This document shows positions 47,907 to 58,052 of a DNA stretch of 64,000 bases, one piece after another. Source of the DNA: Bacteroidota bacterium (GTDB lineage: Bacteria > Bacteroidota > Bacteroidia > Bacteroidales > VadinHA17); assembly GCA_011050615.1 (NCBI GenBank), contig DRFJ01000052.1, positions 11,573 through 75,572 of the forward strand, written 5' to 3'. The stretch's first letter is position 1, and the number at the start of each line of letters is the position of its first letter. The notes under the pieces are model-generated. The model was not told the DNA's origin. It did not search any database and worked only from the letters and a program-made list of their open reading frames with translations. Position numbers and translations under genes: made by a program.

Positions 47907-48084
47907 GGAAATTTTTATAAAGTTAAAAAATGTACGACTCGATTACAACCGTATATCCGGCTTTTTAAGCAAAAATTTCATCAAAAATTATAATACTCAC
48001 AGGGATAAAGCGGTCTAAGCGATTTTAAACGTTTAACAAACAGGTATAAATATTTAATAACCGACACAGTATTACCACCTTGCA

Positions 48085-48092
48085 TAAGTTTG
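48085..48092 (+). promoter_or_regulatory. Bacteroidota -7 promoter element TAnnTTTG (TAAGTTTG)
   Basis: Exact consensus match, 37 nt upstream of ATG 48129. It lies inside the longer listed ORF, which supports the shorter ssb start. Confidence 0.45.
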
Positions 48093-48128
48093 CACCAGGA
48101 ACTTATGTTAAATTTAAATTTTAAGGTC

Positions 48129-48488
48129 ATGGCATCATTGAACAACAAAGTACATCTTATTGGTAACCTGGGGAAAGATCCCGAGGTAATAGAATTTGAC
48201 AATGGAAGGAAAGTTGCAAAATTCCCTCTTGCAACCACTGAAAACTACAAGAATGAAAAAGGTGAAAAGCTGAGGGAAACAACCTGGCATAATCTTGTGC
48301 TCTGGAATGGCCTTGCCGGTGTGGCAGAAAAATACCTGACCAAGGGCAAGGAAATAGCCGTTGAAGGTCGCATTGTGCACCGGGATTATGAAAAGGACGG
48401 TCAGAAGAAATGGATCACTGAAATTATTGTTAGCCAGATGCAGATGCTCAGGGGAAAACAGGAAGAGGGAGTTTTTGATGAAAAATGA
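48129..48488 (+). CDS. ssb: single-stranded DNA-binding protein
   Basis: 'MASLNNKVHLIGNLGKDPEV...TTWHNLVLWN...GRIVHRDYE' forms an OB fold. This is a short form without a long Gly-rich tail. Confidence 0.88.
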   Translation: MASLNNKVHLIGNLGKDPEVIEFDNGRKVAKFPLATTENYKNEKGEKLRETTWHNLVLWNGLAGVAEKYLTKGKEIAVEGRIVHRDYEKDGQKKWITEIIVSQMQMLRGKQEEGVFDEK

Positions 48489-48493
48489 GAGTT

Positions 48494-48534
48494 GTAAGGC
48501 TGAGGCTGAGGAGTGACCTCAGCCTCAGCCTTAC
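48494..48534. terminator. perfect 18-bp hairpin between convergent genes
   Basis: GTAAGGCTGAGGCTGAGG (48494-48511), loop AGTGA, then CCTCAGCCTCAGCCTTAC (48517-48534). No U-tract. The stem contains a GCTGAG tandem. Confidence 0.6.
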
Positions 48535-48537
48535 TTT

Positions 48538-51500
48538 CTACCACTTTTCCTGGAGGTATTTCGTAACCACCCTGTGCAAAAGACTGAGATCGGAAATATC
48601 TATACTTTCTTCCCATGGATCAGAATCAGGAACATCAGGCTTCATAAAAGCATACTTCCCTGCTTCCTGGTAACGGCCCTCATGCAAGGAAACAGCCCAC
48701 TGGCGTACCCTGTCTTCAACAAGCTGCCCAAGCCACTCATTGAAATAGTTCTCCGACTCCCTGTCACGGTTCAGTTCCCTTAAAGCAAAAACCCTTAGTA
48801 TATTGTATGAATCAACACATTCATATTCACCGATGCATTCAGCAATTATTTTATCATAAAGTGACTCTGCCTCTTCTATCATGCCTTTTTTTGTTAAAAC
48901 CATAGCTTTAACAAAATCCAGCAAACGTTCATCAACCCTGTATGGCTTCCCGACACCCAGGTTCTCAGGCCACCTGTATGCATCTTCAATATACCTGGTT
49001 GCATCATCTGTCCTGCCATACCAATAACTGTCGATTGAGGCCAGTACATTTGCTTTCTTCCATATCTCCCTCCCCTGCCGTGATCCTTCATGCGGAAGTA
49101 TTACAGTTTCCTTCAGAACGTCAATACACCTGTATACGCTGTCCCTTGCCAGCAAACACCTGGCATGATCGAAGTCTATTATATAGTTGCCTCTGAATCG
49201 TTCATAGGCAAGGGCTGACAATTCCAATGCCCGGGAGTTATATCCACCTGCCAGGTAAAAATTAATCATATTATGACTGGCCCTCCATTCGTCCGGTGCC
49301 AGTTTACAGGCTTCCCGGTAATCACGCTCAGCAGCAATGTCATCATCAGCCAGAATAAAATTACCCCGTGCAATATAAAATTTCCAGTCATCTGGTTCGC
49401 TGGCCAGAGACCCGAATAAATTAGCTGCTCTTTCCCTGTCTCCTGAATTCCAGTATATAAGTGCCAGGTAATACCCCGGCTTCCAGCTGTCAGTTTTTTC
49501 TGCAGCCCATAGCAGCATTTTTTCAGTCTCTGCCCTGAAAGGGAAAACAAAATCCGTACCGGCAAGTATAAACTCCTCAAGATGCCTTTCAGACAGCTCT
49601 TCCTGCCCGAGCCTGTGATATACAAAGGCAAGATAAAGGTCAACAAGCGGGTTTTCAGGAGATAACTCAAGAAGTTTTGCTGCTTCGGGGTACAAATCAT
49701 AATTTATATACCAGGAGGCCATCTCAAGAAAGGTCTGGAATGGGAATTCATTATTAATATATCTCAGCATATTATCAGCCAATGAATCAACGGGATTAAG
49801 CATATAATTCTCGAACCTGGCAAAATGGCTTAGCGGGTCGCTACTGATAATATCATTATATAGTGTTTTGAACAGGGAATCTGCGCCTGTTTTCCTGGCC
49901 CATACCAGCCTTGTTTTTTGTAATTGATTGGTTTTTATTCCTTTTCTGAGGGCATGATCAATATACATCCCGGTTTCAACCAAATTATTATTCCTGAGCC
50001 CCAATAAGGCAAGCCTGTTAATACAGATATTATAAAACTCATTTGATAGCATAGCCACACCATAAGCGTCCCGTGCACCGTAAAGCTTTCCATCCCTTTC
50101 CTGGAGAAGAGCATAGATATAATTTGCCTCAGGATCGTAAGCGTCGAAGGCCAGCACTTTTTTTACTGCTGCTTCAGCATCATCATACCTGTGCCTTCGC
50201 ATTTCCAGCTCTGCCAGTTTTGAATAAGCAGACATAAAGTACTGATCCTTATCAATACATTTCTTCAAATATTCCAGTGCCAGAATGTAATTTCTCTGTC
50301 TCATGTACTCTATTGCCTGGTAGTAAAGACCATATATTGAACTCCATTCAAAGGTCTCACTTCCGAGAGGCCTTCCAAGGTCTTTCATGCTGTCATCAGC
50401 ACTGTAAATTTTATGCTTCCCATTCCTCAGACAGATTTCTGAAATCTTTACATCACCGCGAACAACGATTACATTGGTATCAGAGGGCATCATTTCCAGA
50501 AAACTTGATAATGTATCGGCTGTTACTGTTATGATATCAACCGTATCATTTATTTTCTCAAATGCATACAGGAGAACCCTTTGTCCTGTTTCTGAACCTG
50601 TAATATTCAGGGCAATATTCTCACTAATGGCTTTCACTCCTGAAATCCCTGAAAGGGGGAACCATCTCTCCCCGAACAGGATTTCTGATCCAGGTTCAAA
50701 TCCGCGGTGTTTAAAAGGTGAATAGGTGCTTCCCGAACCTGCCTGGTTATAAAGCAGGCCCGTCTGGATCTCGGTATACTGTTTATTTTCCGTTGTGTCT
50801 GTTAACAAATCCTTCCATATTTCACCCTGGCGGGAAAGAGCCCATATCCATATTTTCTTTCCCACCTTTAAGGGGTGAAGTGTCCAGTGTCCAAATCCAT
50901 AGTCACTCTTTTCATAATAGCCTGCAAACCAGTCTGTATATGTACCCAGTATATGATAACTGTGGTCACTTCCAAAATCATTATCAGGGTAAAGTGAAAT
51001 ATCCCTGCCTTCTTGATTTACAGGCCATTGGTAAAGATTCCCGCTGTGATCAATGTGATTGGTCCCCGGGAAATAATAACGCAAATCATCAGCCACATCA
51101 GCCGCAGCATTCATCCAATGGTATAATGATGTGGCACTCGTTGAATGGTTCACCCATTCAGTTCTTGTTTCGAACCATGCTTTATCAGCCGGCAGGTATA
51201 TCTCAACTCTCCATTCTGTTCTCCCCGGAAGATCTGTAGCACCAACAAAACAGGAAACGCTGCTGTCAGGATTCATCCTCATATAATAATCAACCTTACT
51301 GGCTGTAAGGGGTGAGTGGCCTATGCTTCCGAAATTCATTTCAATACCACCGCTTGTCCATGGCCCGCGCAGTGCTATATCCCTGAACTTCACTACACTA
51401 TTGCAATAAATGAAATACCTGCCACTGGTCTTGTCCATTGCGCCATAAACCTTACCGCCTATTTCAGGAGCCACCCATAATTTTATCCATTCGTTTTCCA

Positions 51501-51711
51501 GACAGATCATATTCCATTTCCTCCCGACAGGGTCAACAGCATAGGCATCAAAACGAAAATAAGGATATATCTTACCCGGTTTCGGTACCGGGTCGGGGTC
51601 ACCGAATGGATATGTTTTCATCTCCCTGACCTCCTCATAGATTAAGGCTGTCTGGGAAATAAGCCGCGGGCTGCATAAAAGTATTATCGCCAGAATAAAA
51701 TACTTTTTCAT
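48538..51711 (-). CDS. secreted DUF5107-like domain protein with TPR repeats
   Basis: Signal peptide. The N-terminal ~400 aa are beta-rich and the C-terminal ~600 aa form helical TPR-like repeats. The family name is a recollection only. Confidence 0.55.
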   Translation of the reverse strand: MKKYFILAIILLCSPRLISQTALIYEEVREMKTYPFGDPDPVPKPGKIYPYFRFDAYAVDPVGRKWNMICLENEWIKLWVAPEIGGKVYGAMDKTSGRYFIYCNSVVKFRDIALRGPWTSGGIEMNFGSIGHSPLTASKVDYYMRMNPDSSVSCFVGATDLPGRTEWRVEIYLPADKAWFETRTEWVNHSTSATSLYHWMNAAADVADDLRYYFPGTNHIDHSGNLYQWPVNQEGRDISLYPDNDFGSDHSYHILGTYTDWFAGYYEKSDYGFGHWTLHPLKVGKKIWIWALSRQGEIWKDLLTDTTENKQYTEIQTGLLYNQAGSGSTYSPFKHRGFEPGSEILFGERWFPLSGISGVKAISENIALNITGSETGQRVLLYAFEKINDTVDIITVTADTLSSFLEMMPSDTNVIVVRGDVKISEICLRNGKHKIYSADDSMKDLGRPLGSETFEWSSIYGLYYQAIEYMRQRNYILALEYLKKCIDKDQYFMSAYSKLAELEMRRHRYDDAEAAVKKVLAFDAYDPEANYIYALLQERDGKLYGARDAYGVAMLSNEFYNICINRLALLGLRNNNLVETGMYIDHALRKGIKTNQLQKTRLVWARKTGADSLFKTLYNDIISSDPLSHFARFENYMLNPVDSLADNMLRYINNEFPFQTFLEMASWYINYDLYPEAAKLLELSPENPLVDLYLAFVYHRLGQEELSERHLEEFILAGTDFVFPFRAETEKMLLWAAEKTDSWKPGYYLALIYWNSGDRERAANLFGSLASEPDDWKFYIARGNFILADDDIAAERDYREACKLAPDEWRASHNMINFYLAGGYNSRALELSALAYERFRGNYIIDFDHARCLLARDSVYRCIDVLKETVILPHEGSRQGREIWKKANVLASIDSYWYGRTDDATRYIEDAYRWPENLGVGKPYRVDERLLDFVKAMVLTKKGMIEEAESLYDKIIAECIGEYECVDSYNILRVFALRELNRDRESENYFNEWLGQLVEDRVRQWAVSLHEGRYQEAGKYAFMKPDVPDSDPWEESIDISDLSLLHRVVTKYLQEKW

Positions 51712-51738
51712 AGCAAAGGTAACCGGTTATTATTCAGT

Positions 51739-54087
51739 CTAGTAATCTTTCAGTTCCACATTGGTGCGGTAATCACCAAGAAGATGTTCCGCAAAATAAT
51801 ACCACATCATTGTTTCAAAGTATTCTTTATAGTTACCGAATCCATGTCTCTGCCCCGGCATTATCATAAAATCGAATCGTTTATTCGCCTTGACAAGAGC
51901 ATTGACGACCCTTATACTGTTACCGGGATGAACATTGTTATCGATATCACCATGAACCAGAAGGAGATGCCCCTTAAGATTTTTCGCCAGGTCCTGGTTT
52001 GCCGGGACATCTGATTTAAAAGTGATTTCGGTTTTCACACTATCCTGTTCTTCAACAGGGTATCCATCTTTTTCATCATTTTCCTCTTTCTTTACCTTAA
52101 CTTTTTTCTCAATCTCCTTCACTCCGTGATGTGTCTCTCCCCACCATTGATTATAAATATTATTGTCATGGTTTCCTGCAGATGAAACTGCAACATCATA
52201 AAAATCAGGATATGTCAGTAAAGCTGCGGTACTCATGAACCCACCTCCCGAATGGCCATAGATGCCCACTCTATCGATATCAATAAAATCATACCTGTCG
52301 GCCAGCTGTTCTATTCCATATTTATCATCAGCCAGTGCATAGTCCCTTAAATTATTATATCCATAGGTATGGTAATAATTATTCCTCTGGGGACTGCCTC
52401 CCCTGTGTCCGAAATTAACCACAATGAAGCCAAGCTGTGCAAGTGCAGTATTATATCTCTGACTGACGGAGAAGGAATAGGGTACAGATTCAGTCTGGGG
52501 GCCCGGGTAAACATAGGATATAATTGGATATTTACGGGTTGAATCAAAATCGAAGGGTTTAAACATTACTCCATAGAGATCCGTAACACCATCCTTTGCT
52601 TTTACAACAAAGGGCTCCGGCATCTGCCATCCCGTTTCATAAACCCGCGAAAGATCGGGTTCTTCCATGTTTAGCAAGATAGTCCCGTCTGCATCACGGA
52701 GGACTGAACGGGGAACCATGTCAACCCTGGAATAGGTATCGACCCAGTAATCATTGGTTTTTGACATGCTGAACGAATGATTGGCATCTTCAGGACTGAT
52801 AAGTTTCATGCCTCCCTTATCAAGAGGCACCCTGTAGAGCATAGTATAGTAAGGGTGTATGCCATTCTCACGGCCGAAAGCCTGTACGAACAATTCCCTT
52901 CCTGCGGTATCGATCCTCATGATATTGCCAGTCACAAAATACCCTTCCGTAATCTGTCTTTTCAGGTTCCCATTCCCATCATAGAGGTAAAGATGTCCCC
53001 AGCCGGTTCTTTCCGACCACCAGATTATATCCTCCCCCTCGTTAAGGACGGCCAGATCGCCATAGCCATAACCATCGTATATGTAAGGATACTGCTCCTC
53101 TTTGAAAAGGACCTTAAGATCGCCTGTCCTGACGTCAACCATACATATCTCAAGTGCAGTCAGATCCCTTTTCTTACGTTCAATAATCATTTTATCGGCT
53201 GATTCCTGCGAGGTCCATCTAACAGACAGTCTCTGGTCCTTCCATTTTGAAACGTCCACATCTGTCCTTTCTTTTGTATCTACATCAAAAATTATTAGTT
53301 CAAGCTGAGGGACATTCTCCTCACCCGGCATAGAATACTTGTAAGTTTCCAGTTCAGGTCTTGGTTCAGCAAGTGCATTTATGACAAAGAGGTCACCAAC
53401 CTTTCTGCTGTCTGACTTGATTACATACAGCTTTTCTTCATTCTTGAACCACCGGGCGATACTCCTTACTTTTTTATCTTTTGCAGTATCCGACCTGCTG
53501 CTTGCATAACCGTAGTACAGTTCACCGTCAGTGCTTAACTGTATTTCAACGCTGTCGGGATCATTTGCTTTCATTATAAACAGGTTATGGTTTTTTGCAT
53601 AGGCTATCCATGTACTATCAGGGCTGTATGTGGCCCATCTATCCCTTTTGTCCTCTTTGGGAACAGTATCTTTAATAATCAGTTTCCTGTTGTTCATATC
53701 GAAAAGGAAACGAATAGAATCCAGCTTAAAAGTAAATCTTGATGTACTTTCCTTTTCAAATTCTATATCCTCTATCGGCAGATCCAGCTGGTTATAAGGC
53801 CGATGAATCAACTTATGTATTTCGGCTGCCATATAACGGCTGTCGAACAGCAGCTTCTTTGACCTGGCATCGGCATCAACATAATAGTAATTTTTACCGT
53901 CAGACTTTTTATATGAGTACCAGAATTTATTTGACTCATGGATCCAGTTTGCTCTGACATACAGGTCGCCTGCTTTCTGGTTAAGATTAGACGATCTGAA
54001 TTTCTCAGCTGCTTTAAAATTAGCCTTCTGTGAATAGCTTACAGCAGTGGTTAGCAAAACAACAATAATTATAAATGTCTTTTTCAT
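51739..54087 (-). CDS. S9 family serine peptidase (dipeptidyl-peptidase IV-like)
   Basis: Signal peptide. N-terminal beta-propeller region. Nucleophile elbow 'VGIYGHSGGGFMS'. 'LLVHGDIDNNVH' and 'GQRHGF' complete the triad context. Confidence 0.85.
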   Translation of the reverse strand: MKKTFIIIVVLLTTAVSYSQKANFKAAEKFRSSNLNQKAGDLYVRANWIHESNKFWYSYKKSDGKNYYYVDADARSKKLLFDSRYMAAEIHKLIHRPYNQLDLPIEDIEFEKESTSRFTFKLDSIRFLFDMNNRKLIIKDTVPKEDKRDRWATYSPDSTWIAYAKNHNLFIMKANDPDSVEIQLSTDGELYYGYASSRSDTAKDKKVRSIARWFKNEEKLYVIKSDSRKVGDLFVINALAEPRPELETYKYSMPGEENVPQLELIIFDVDTKERTDVDVSKWKDQRLSVRWTSQESADKMIIERKKRDLTALEICMVDVRTGDLKVLFKEEQYPYIYDGYGYGDLAVLNEGEDIIWWSERTGWGHLYLYDGNGNLKRQITEGYFVTGNIMRIDTAGRELFVQAFGRENGIHPYYTMLYRVPLDKGGMKLISPEDANHSFSMSKTNDYWVDTYSRVDMVPRSVLRDADGTILLNMEEPDLSRVYETGWQMPEPFVVKAKDGVTDLYGVMFKPFDFDSTRKYPIISYVYPGPQTESVPYSFSVSQRYNTALAQLGFIVVNFGHRGGSPQRNNYYHTYGYNNLRDYALADDKYGIEQLADRYDFIDIDRVGIYGHSGGGFMSTAALLTYPDFYDVAVSSAGNHDNNIYNQWWGETHHGVKEIEKKVKVKKEENDEKDGYPVEEQDSVKTEITFKSDVPANQDLAKNLKGHLLLVHGDIDNNVHPGNSIRVVNALVKANKRFDFMIMPGQRHGFGNYKEYFETMMWYYFAEHLLGDYRTNVELKDY

Positions 54088-54177
54088 AGCTATTAAGGGT
54101 TAAGTATTGAGACAAATGTAATAATCCTTCCGTTAAAGCATTCAGAAAGTGTTATAGAACAGTGAGTCTATAATAAT

Positions 54178-54451
54178 TCATACAAGGTAGAGATCGCTGA
54201 GTTCATCATACAGCCTCATACCTTCAATAACATTTCCATCCCTGTCAAACAGGTTACCGCTGAATCCTATTGGTTCACATATACATGTTCCCTTCCCCAT
54301 GTCATCCGGCCTGTCGCCAGTGTGAAAAACAAGCCATGCAAGTCCATTTTTCAATTGGCAATTAAGATACTTCCGTGATCCGTCTTTCTGCCGGTTTACA
54401 AAAAGCCAGGAGAATTATAAACAATACACTAATAAAAATTTGTCTTATCAT
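54178..54451 (-). pseudogene. possible frameshifted small lipoprotein gene
   Basis: ATG at 54451 gives 'MIRQIFISVLFIILLAFCKPAERRITEVS' followed by a stop. The +1 frame is open from within the signal peptide and reads '...NCQLKNGLAWLVFHTGDRPDDMGKGTCICEPIGF...LSDLYLV' to 54178. No family recognised. Confidence 0.3.
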
Positions 54452-54461
54452 AGTTCATTCC

Positions 54462-55037
54462 TCAGGCCTTGTACTGATCACGACCTGCGGCAAGTGCTTC
54501 TAGATTCAATTCAATTATGTCCTCCCCCTTTCTCCCGAACAGCTTACGGACGGCATTTTCAAGGCTTTTCCACGGTAGGTTAATAAAATGTGATGCGGCA
54601 CCCAGCATCACTATATTTGCTGCTTTTATTGACCCGGTCTTCCTGGCTATGGTATCTGCATCCACAATAAGATTATTTTTAACCTTTCTTATTTCATTCA
54701 GCAAATCCTGTGAATCAGGATAATCAGGAATATTTACATAGGGATTGCTGTTAGTAACCAGCCAACCGTTCTCCGAAAGCCATGGCAGGTACCTCAGAGC
54801 CTCCATGGGTTCAACCGAGAGGATAAGATCAGCCTCTCCATAGGGTATTAAGTCAGAAGCCACGGGTTCATCTGACAGCCTGAAATGCGATTGGACGTCA
54901 CCTCCCCTCTGGCTCATGCCATGCACTTCAGCCTGTTTTAAATATAGGTTATTTTCCACTGCAGCATAACCAATTACTGCAGCAATCGACAGGATACCCT
55001 GTCCTCCTACTCCTGATAGTATTATATCATTCTTCAT
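54462..55037 (-). CDS. iorB: indolepyruvate:ferredoxin oxidoreductase subunit beta
   Basis: Gamma-type POR domain 'ILSGVGGQGILSIAAVIG'. It lies immediately downstream of iorA (5-nt gap). Confidence 0.85.
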   Translation of the reverse strand: MKNDIILSGVGGQGILSIAAVIGYAAVENNLYLKQAEVHGMSQRGGDVQSHFRLSDEPVASDLIPYGEADLILSVEPMEALRYLPWLSENGWLVTNSNPYVNIPDYPDSQDLLNEIRKVKNNLIVDADTIARKTGSIKAANIVMLGAASHFINLPWKSLENAVRKLFGRKGEDIIELNLEALAAGRDQYKA

Positions 55038-55042
55038 AAAAT

Positions 55043-56653
55043 TTATTTTTCTTTTTTTTCACCTTCTTTCTTTTTTCTTCTTGCCGCCGTCTGGATACAT
55101 TCTCTCTGTGAGATTATCACTGAGACACCCTTGTATAAAATTTCCTCTTTCATCACCTCTGTATTCTCACCGTGGTATTTTCTGAGCGGATTTATCACCC
55201 TTATATGCTCTTTTTCAACACCTAAACCCGCACATATTGATTCAAGCCTGTTTGTCGCATGCGATTTCTGTCCCCCGGTCATTCCGGTAGTGGAATTATC
55301 TGAAATTATTATGGTAACGGGGGCATTTTTAATCACGGCATCAAGTAAACCCGTCATACCCGAATGAGTAAAGGTTGAATCACCAATTACGGCTACGGAT
55401 GGAAACATACCCCCATCTGAAGCCCCGATTGCCATTGTAACAGACGCTCCCATATCTACACAGGAGTTAATAGCATCATAGGGAGGCAATGCACCAAGTG
55501 TATAGCAGCCTATGTCAGAAAAAACTCTGCCCGGTCCAAATTCTTTCATTGCTTCATTAAGGGCATTGTACATATCAGCATGTCCACATCCCTTACAAAG
55601 GGATGGAGGCCTTTTCATGACTATATCCGGAATATCTATGCCGTAAGCCGATTCCATACCAAGGGCTTTGGCCACCAGGTTTGGATTCAATTCACCGTCT
55701 CTTGGCAGGGCCCCGTCAAGCCTTCCACTGATTTTATTATTCAAGCTGGGAAATCCTTTCATCATTTCTTCAAGAACGGGATAGCCTTCTTCGAGTACAA
55801 GTATCCTGTCACATTCTGCCTGCAGCCTTGAAAGCAGGTCTTCACGGACAGGATAAAAACCTATTTTAACCACGGGATACTTACATTTCCTGCCTTTGCA
55901 GTTTTCTGCCAGGTAGTTGTATGCAAGTCCACAGGCAACAATTCCGAGGGACTTATCTTCACCGTCAATATACCAGTTTGCTTTTTGATAATCACCATCA
56001 CCGGCCAGTGACTCGTAATTTGACAGCAGTACCTTGTATTTCCTCCGGGCTATGGCAGGCAGAAGAACGAACTGCCGCAGGTCGGCAGGGAAACTGAATT
56101 CCTTTTGTGGCAGCTTTTCCCTTTGCTGTACGGCACTCCGTGAATGGGCAAGACGCGTGGTTATTCTGAAAAGCACGGGAACCCTGTATTTTTCCGATAC
56201 CTCAAAAGCATCAAAAACCATATCATATGCTTCCTGCTGGTTTGAAGGCTCAAAAATGGGTACCATGGCAAACCTGCCGTAAAAGCGTGAGTCCTGCTCG
56301 TTTTGTGAAGAGTGCATTGAAGGGTCGTCAGCGGCAACAACAATCAAACCACCATTTACACCGGTCATTGCTGAGTTGATAAAACCATCCGCAGCAACAT
56401 TAAGGCCTACATGTTTCATGGCAACCATGGCACGCTTACCGGTATATGACATCCCCAGAGCAGCTTCCATAGCTGTTTTTTCGTTGGCCGACCAGTCACG
56501 GCAAATATTTCTGCCGGCGGCATCCGGAGATGATTGTATATATTCCATTATTTCTGTGGAAGGAGTGCCGGGGTATGCGTACATCCCGCTTAAACCGGCA
56601 TCGATAGCAGCCTGGGCAAGTGCTTCATCACCCAGTAACATTAATCTGGACAT
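55043..56653 (-). CDS. iorA: indolepyruvate:ferredoxin oxidoreductase subunit alpha
   Basis: TPP-binding 'VIGDSTFTHSGMTGLLDAV'. 'PSLCKGCGH' Cys motif. N-terminal 'YPGTPSTEI'. Confidence 0.85.
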   Translation of the reverse strand: MSRLMLLGDEALAQAAIDAGLSGMYAYPGTPSTEIMEYIQSSPDAAGRNICRDWSANEKTAMEAALGMSYTGKRAMVAMKHVGLNVAADGFINSAMTGVNGGLIVVAADDPSMHSSQNEQDSRFYGRFAMVPIFEPSNQQEAYDMVFDAFEVSEKYRVPVLFRITTRLAHSRSAVQQREKLPQKEFSFPADLRQFVLLPAIARRKYKVLLSNYESLAGDGDYQKANWYIDGEDKSLGIVACGLAYNYLAENCKGRKCKYPVVKIGFYPVREDLLSRLQAECDRILVLEEGYPVLEEMMKGFPSLNNKISGRLDGALPRDGELNPNLVAKALGMESAYGIDIPDIVMKRPPSLCKGCGHADMYNALNEAMKEFGPGRVFSDIGCYTLGALPPYDAINSCVDMGASVTMAIGASDGGMFPSVAVIGDSTFTHSGMTGLLDAVIKNAPVTIIISDNSTTGMTGGQKSHATNRLESICAGLGVEKEHIRVINPLRKYHGENTEVMKEEILYKGVSVIISQRECIQTAARRKKKEGEKKEK

Positions 56654-56698
56654 ATGATATTGTTTTATGGATTGTTAAAATTTCTGCCTGCATAAGCA

Positions 56699-57163
56699 TT
56701 AATCATCTTTTTTCAGATGATTCCTCAGATCGCCGGGAATCAGACTTCTTATATGTTCGTTTACAAAATCAAAACAGAAATCTTCCAGAGAGTCCCTGAT
56801 GGCTGCAAGTTTTTGAAGAATAATATCCTCATCTCCATCAAGTGTGCGACAATCCTGGGATGTTTTTTCAATAACGGTTGGATTGCCGGGAAGCTTGCTT
56901 ATGATATCCCTTCCTTTTTCTTAAGCCATATTTATTATGTAGTCAAATTGTTTCTCGGGTAAATCCATTACAGAATTGGGTTCACTACCTGTAATATCAA
57001 TCATAGCATCCATCATAACCCTTACAGCGAGTGGGTTAACTTCAGAGGGGCTGTAACCTGCACTGTAAATCAGGGCTTCACTGCCGGTGTAATACCTCAA
57101 CCAGCCTTCCATCATAAGACTGCGGCAATCATTACCATTACCTATTACCAGTACTTTCTTCAT
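56699..57163 (-). pseudogene. LMW-PTP/ArsC-like gene with an in-frame TAA and degenerate active site
   Basis: 'MKKVLVIGNGNDCRSLMMEGW...FDYIINMA' is followed by TAA (56921-56923). The same frame continues 'EKGRDIISKLPGNP...AAIRDSLEDF...KKDD' to 56699. The P-loop reads GNGNDCRS rather than CxGNxCRS, so the nucleophile Cys is Gly. Confidence 0.6.
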
Positions 57164-57319
57164 CGGTCTGATTAATTTTTTTAAAGATATTAATTATTGT
57201 TTAATTGTTAAATTAAGCCCTGCCTATTTGTACTGCTATATAACAGATTGATGGGGGAACCAGTGATTTTTCTTTATATTCGCCAGCAATTTTAAGTGGG
57301 GCTTGGAAATCCCGGATAG

Positions 57320-57892
57320 ATGGATAACAAGAAGAACGCATCAATTATAAAAACATCAAGGCAGATACACAGAGTGCTTGCTGCAGGTTTGTTTATACTA
57401 TTTTTGCTTATACCGGCCACAGGTATCATACTTGGCTGGAAGAAAAACACCGGAAACCTTATCCTTCCGAGATCATATGAAGGAATAACCACTAACACGG
57501 CAGAATGGTTGTCATATGATACTCTTAAAATTGTTGCCTTTGAAGCTCTGCTTGATTACACCGGTAAAAACGTATCAACTGAACTTGATCGCATTGATGC
57601 AAGACCATCGAAGGGAATGGTAAAATTTGTTTTTACAGATCATTACTGGGAAGTGCAACTGGATGCTGCTACTGCTGAGATACTGAATATTTCAAAAAGG
57701 AGATCAGATATCGTTGAAAATATCCATGACGGATCAATCCTGGACAATATCTTTAATACCGGAGATGGCCTTTTCAAGATCATATATACCTCCCTTGCCG
57801 GTCTGGCCCTTCTGATCCTTGCAATAACAGGATTCTGGTTATGGTATGGCCCGAAACTCATAAAAAAGAATAAACACCAGGGACCCGGTTAA
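57320..57892 (+). CDS. PepSY-associated TM helix domain protein (short form)
   Basis: 'SRQIHRVLAAGLFILFLLIPATGIILGW' N-terminal TM helix, a central soluble region, and a C-terminal TM helix 'LAGLALLILAITGFWLWY'. Confidence 0.65.
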   Translation: MDNKKNASIIKTSRQIHRVLAAGLFILFLLIPATGIILGWKKNTGNLILPRSYEGITTNTAEWLSYDTLKIVAFEALLDYTGKNVSTELDRIDARPSKGMVKFVFTDHYWEVQLDAATAEILNISKRRSDIVENIHDGSILDNIFNTGDGLFKIIYTSLAGLALLILAITGFWLWYGPKLIKKNKHQGPG

Positions 57893-58052
57893 AATAATGG
57901 ATGCTTTTGTTTTAATTGCCTGATGGCATGAATTTCAAATCCGGTCCGACAGGTATTCGAAAGTATTAGTTAAAAATATCATAAAATGACCCTGATGTTT
58001 CCTTAATCGATTCAATTTGCATTTCTTTATAAAATATTTATATTGATATGCC

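Noticed and set aside
35664-56923. Two in-frame TAA codons considered as evidence for stop-codon reassignment.
   Set aside because: TAA, TAG and TGA all terminate well-supported genes in this window at positions matching family lengths. Examples: TAA at 3172, TAG at 2136 and 4763, TGA at 7802. Isolated nonsense mutations or sequencing errors are the simpler explanation.
57893-58052. Region upstream of the TonB-dependent receptor cluster checked for a cobalamin, TPP or other riboswitch. Leaders of the KamA gene and the pit remnant were checked as well.
   Set aside because: No conserved riboswitch core sequences (for example a B12 box or a lysine or TPP core) are recognisable by eye. The leaders are short and AT-rich.
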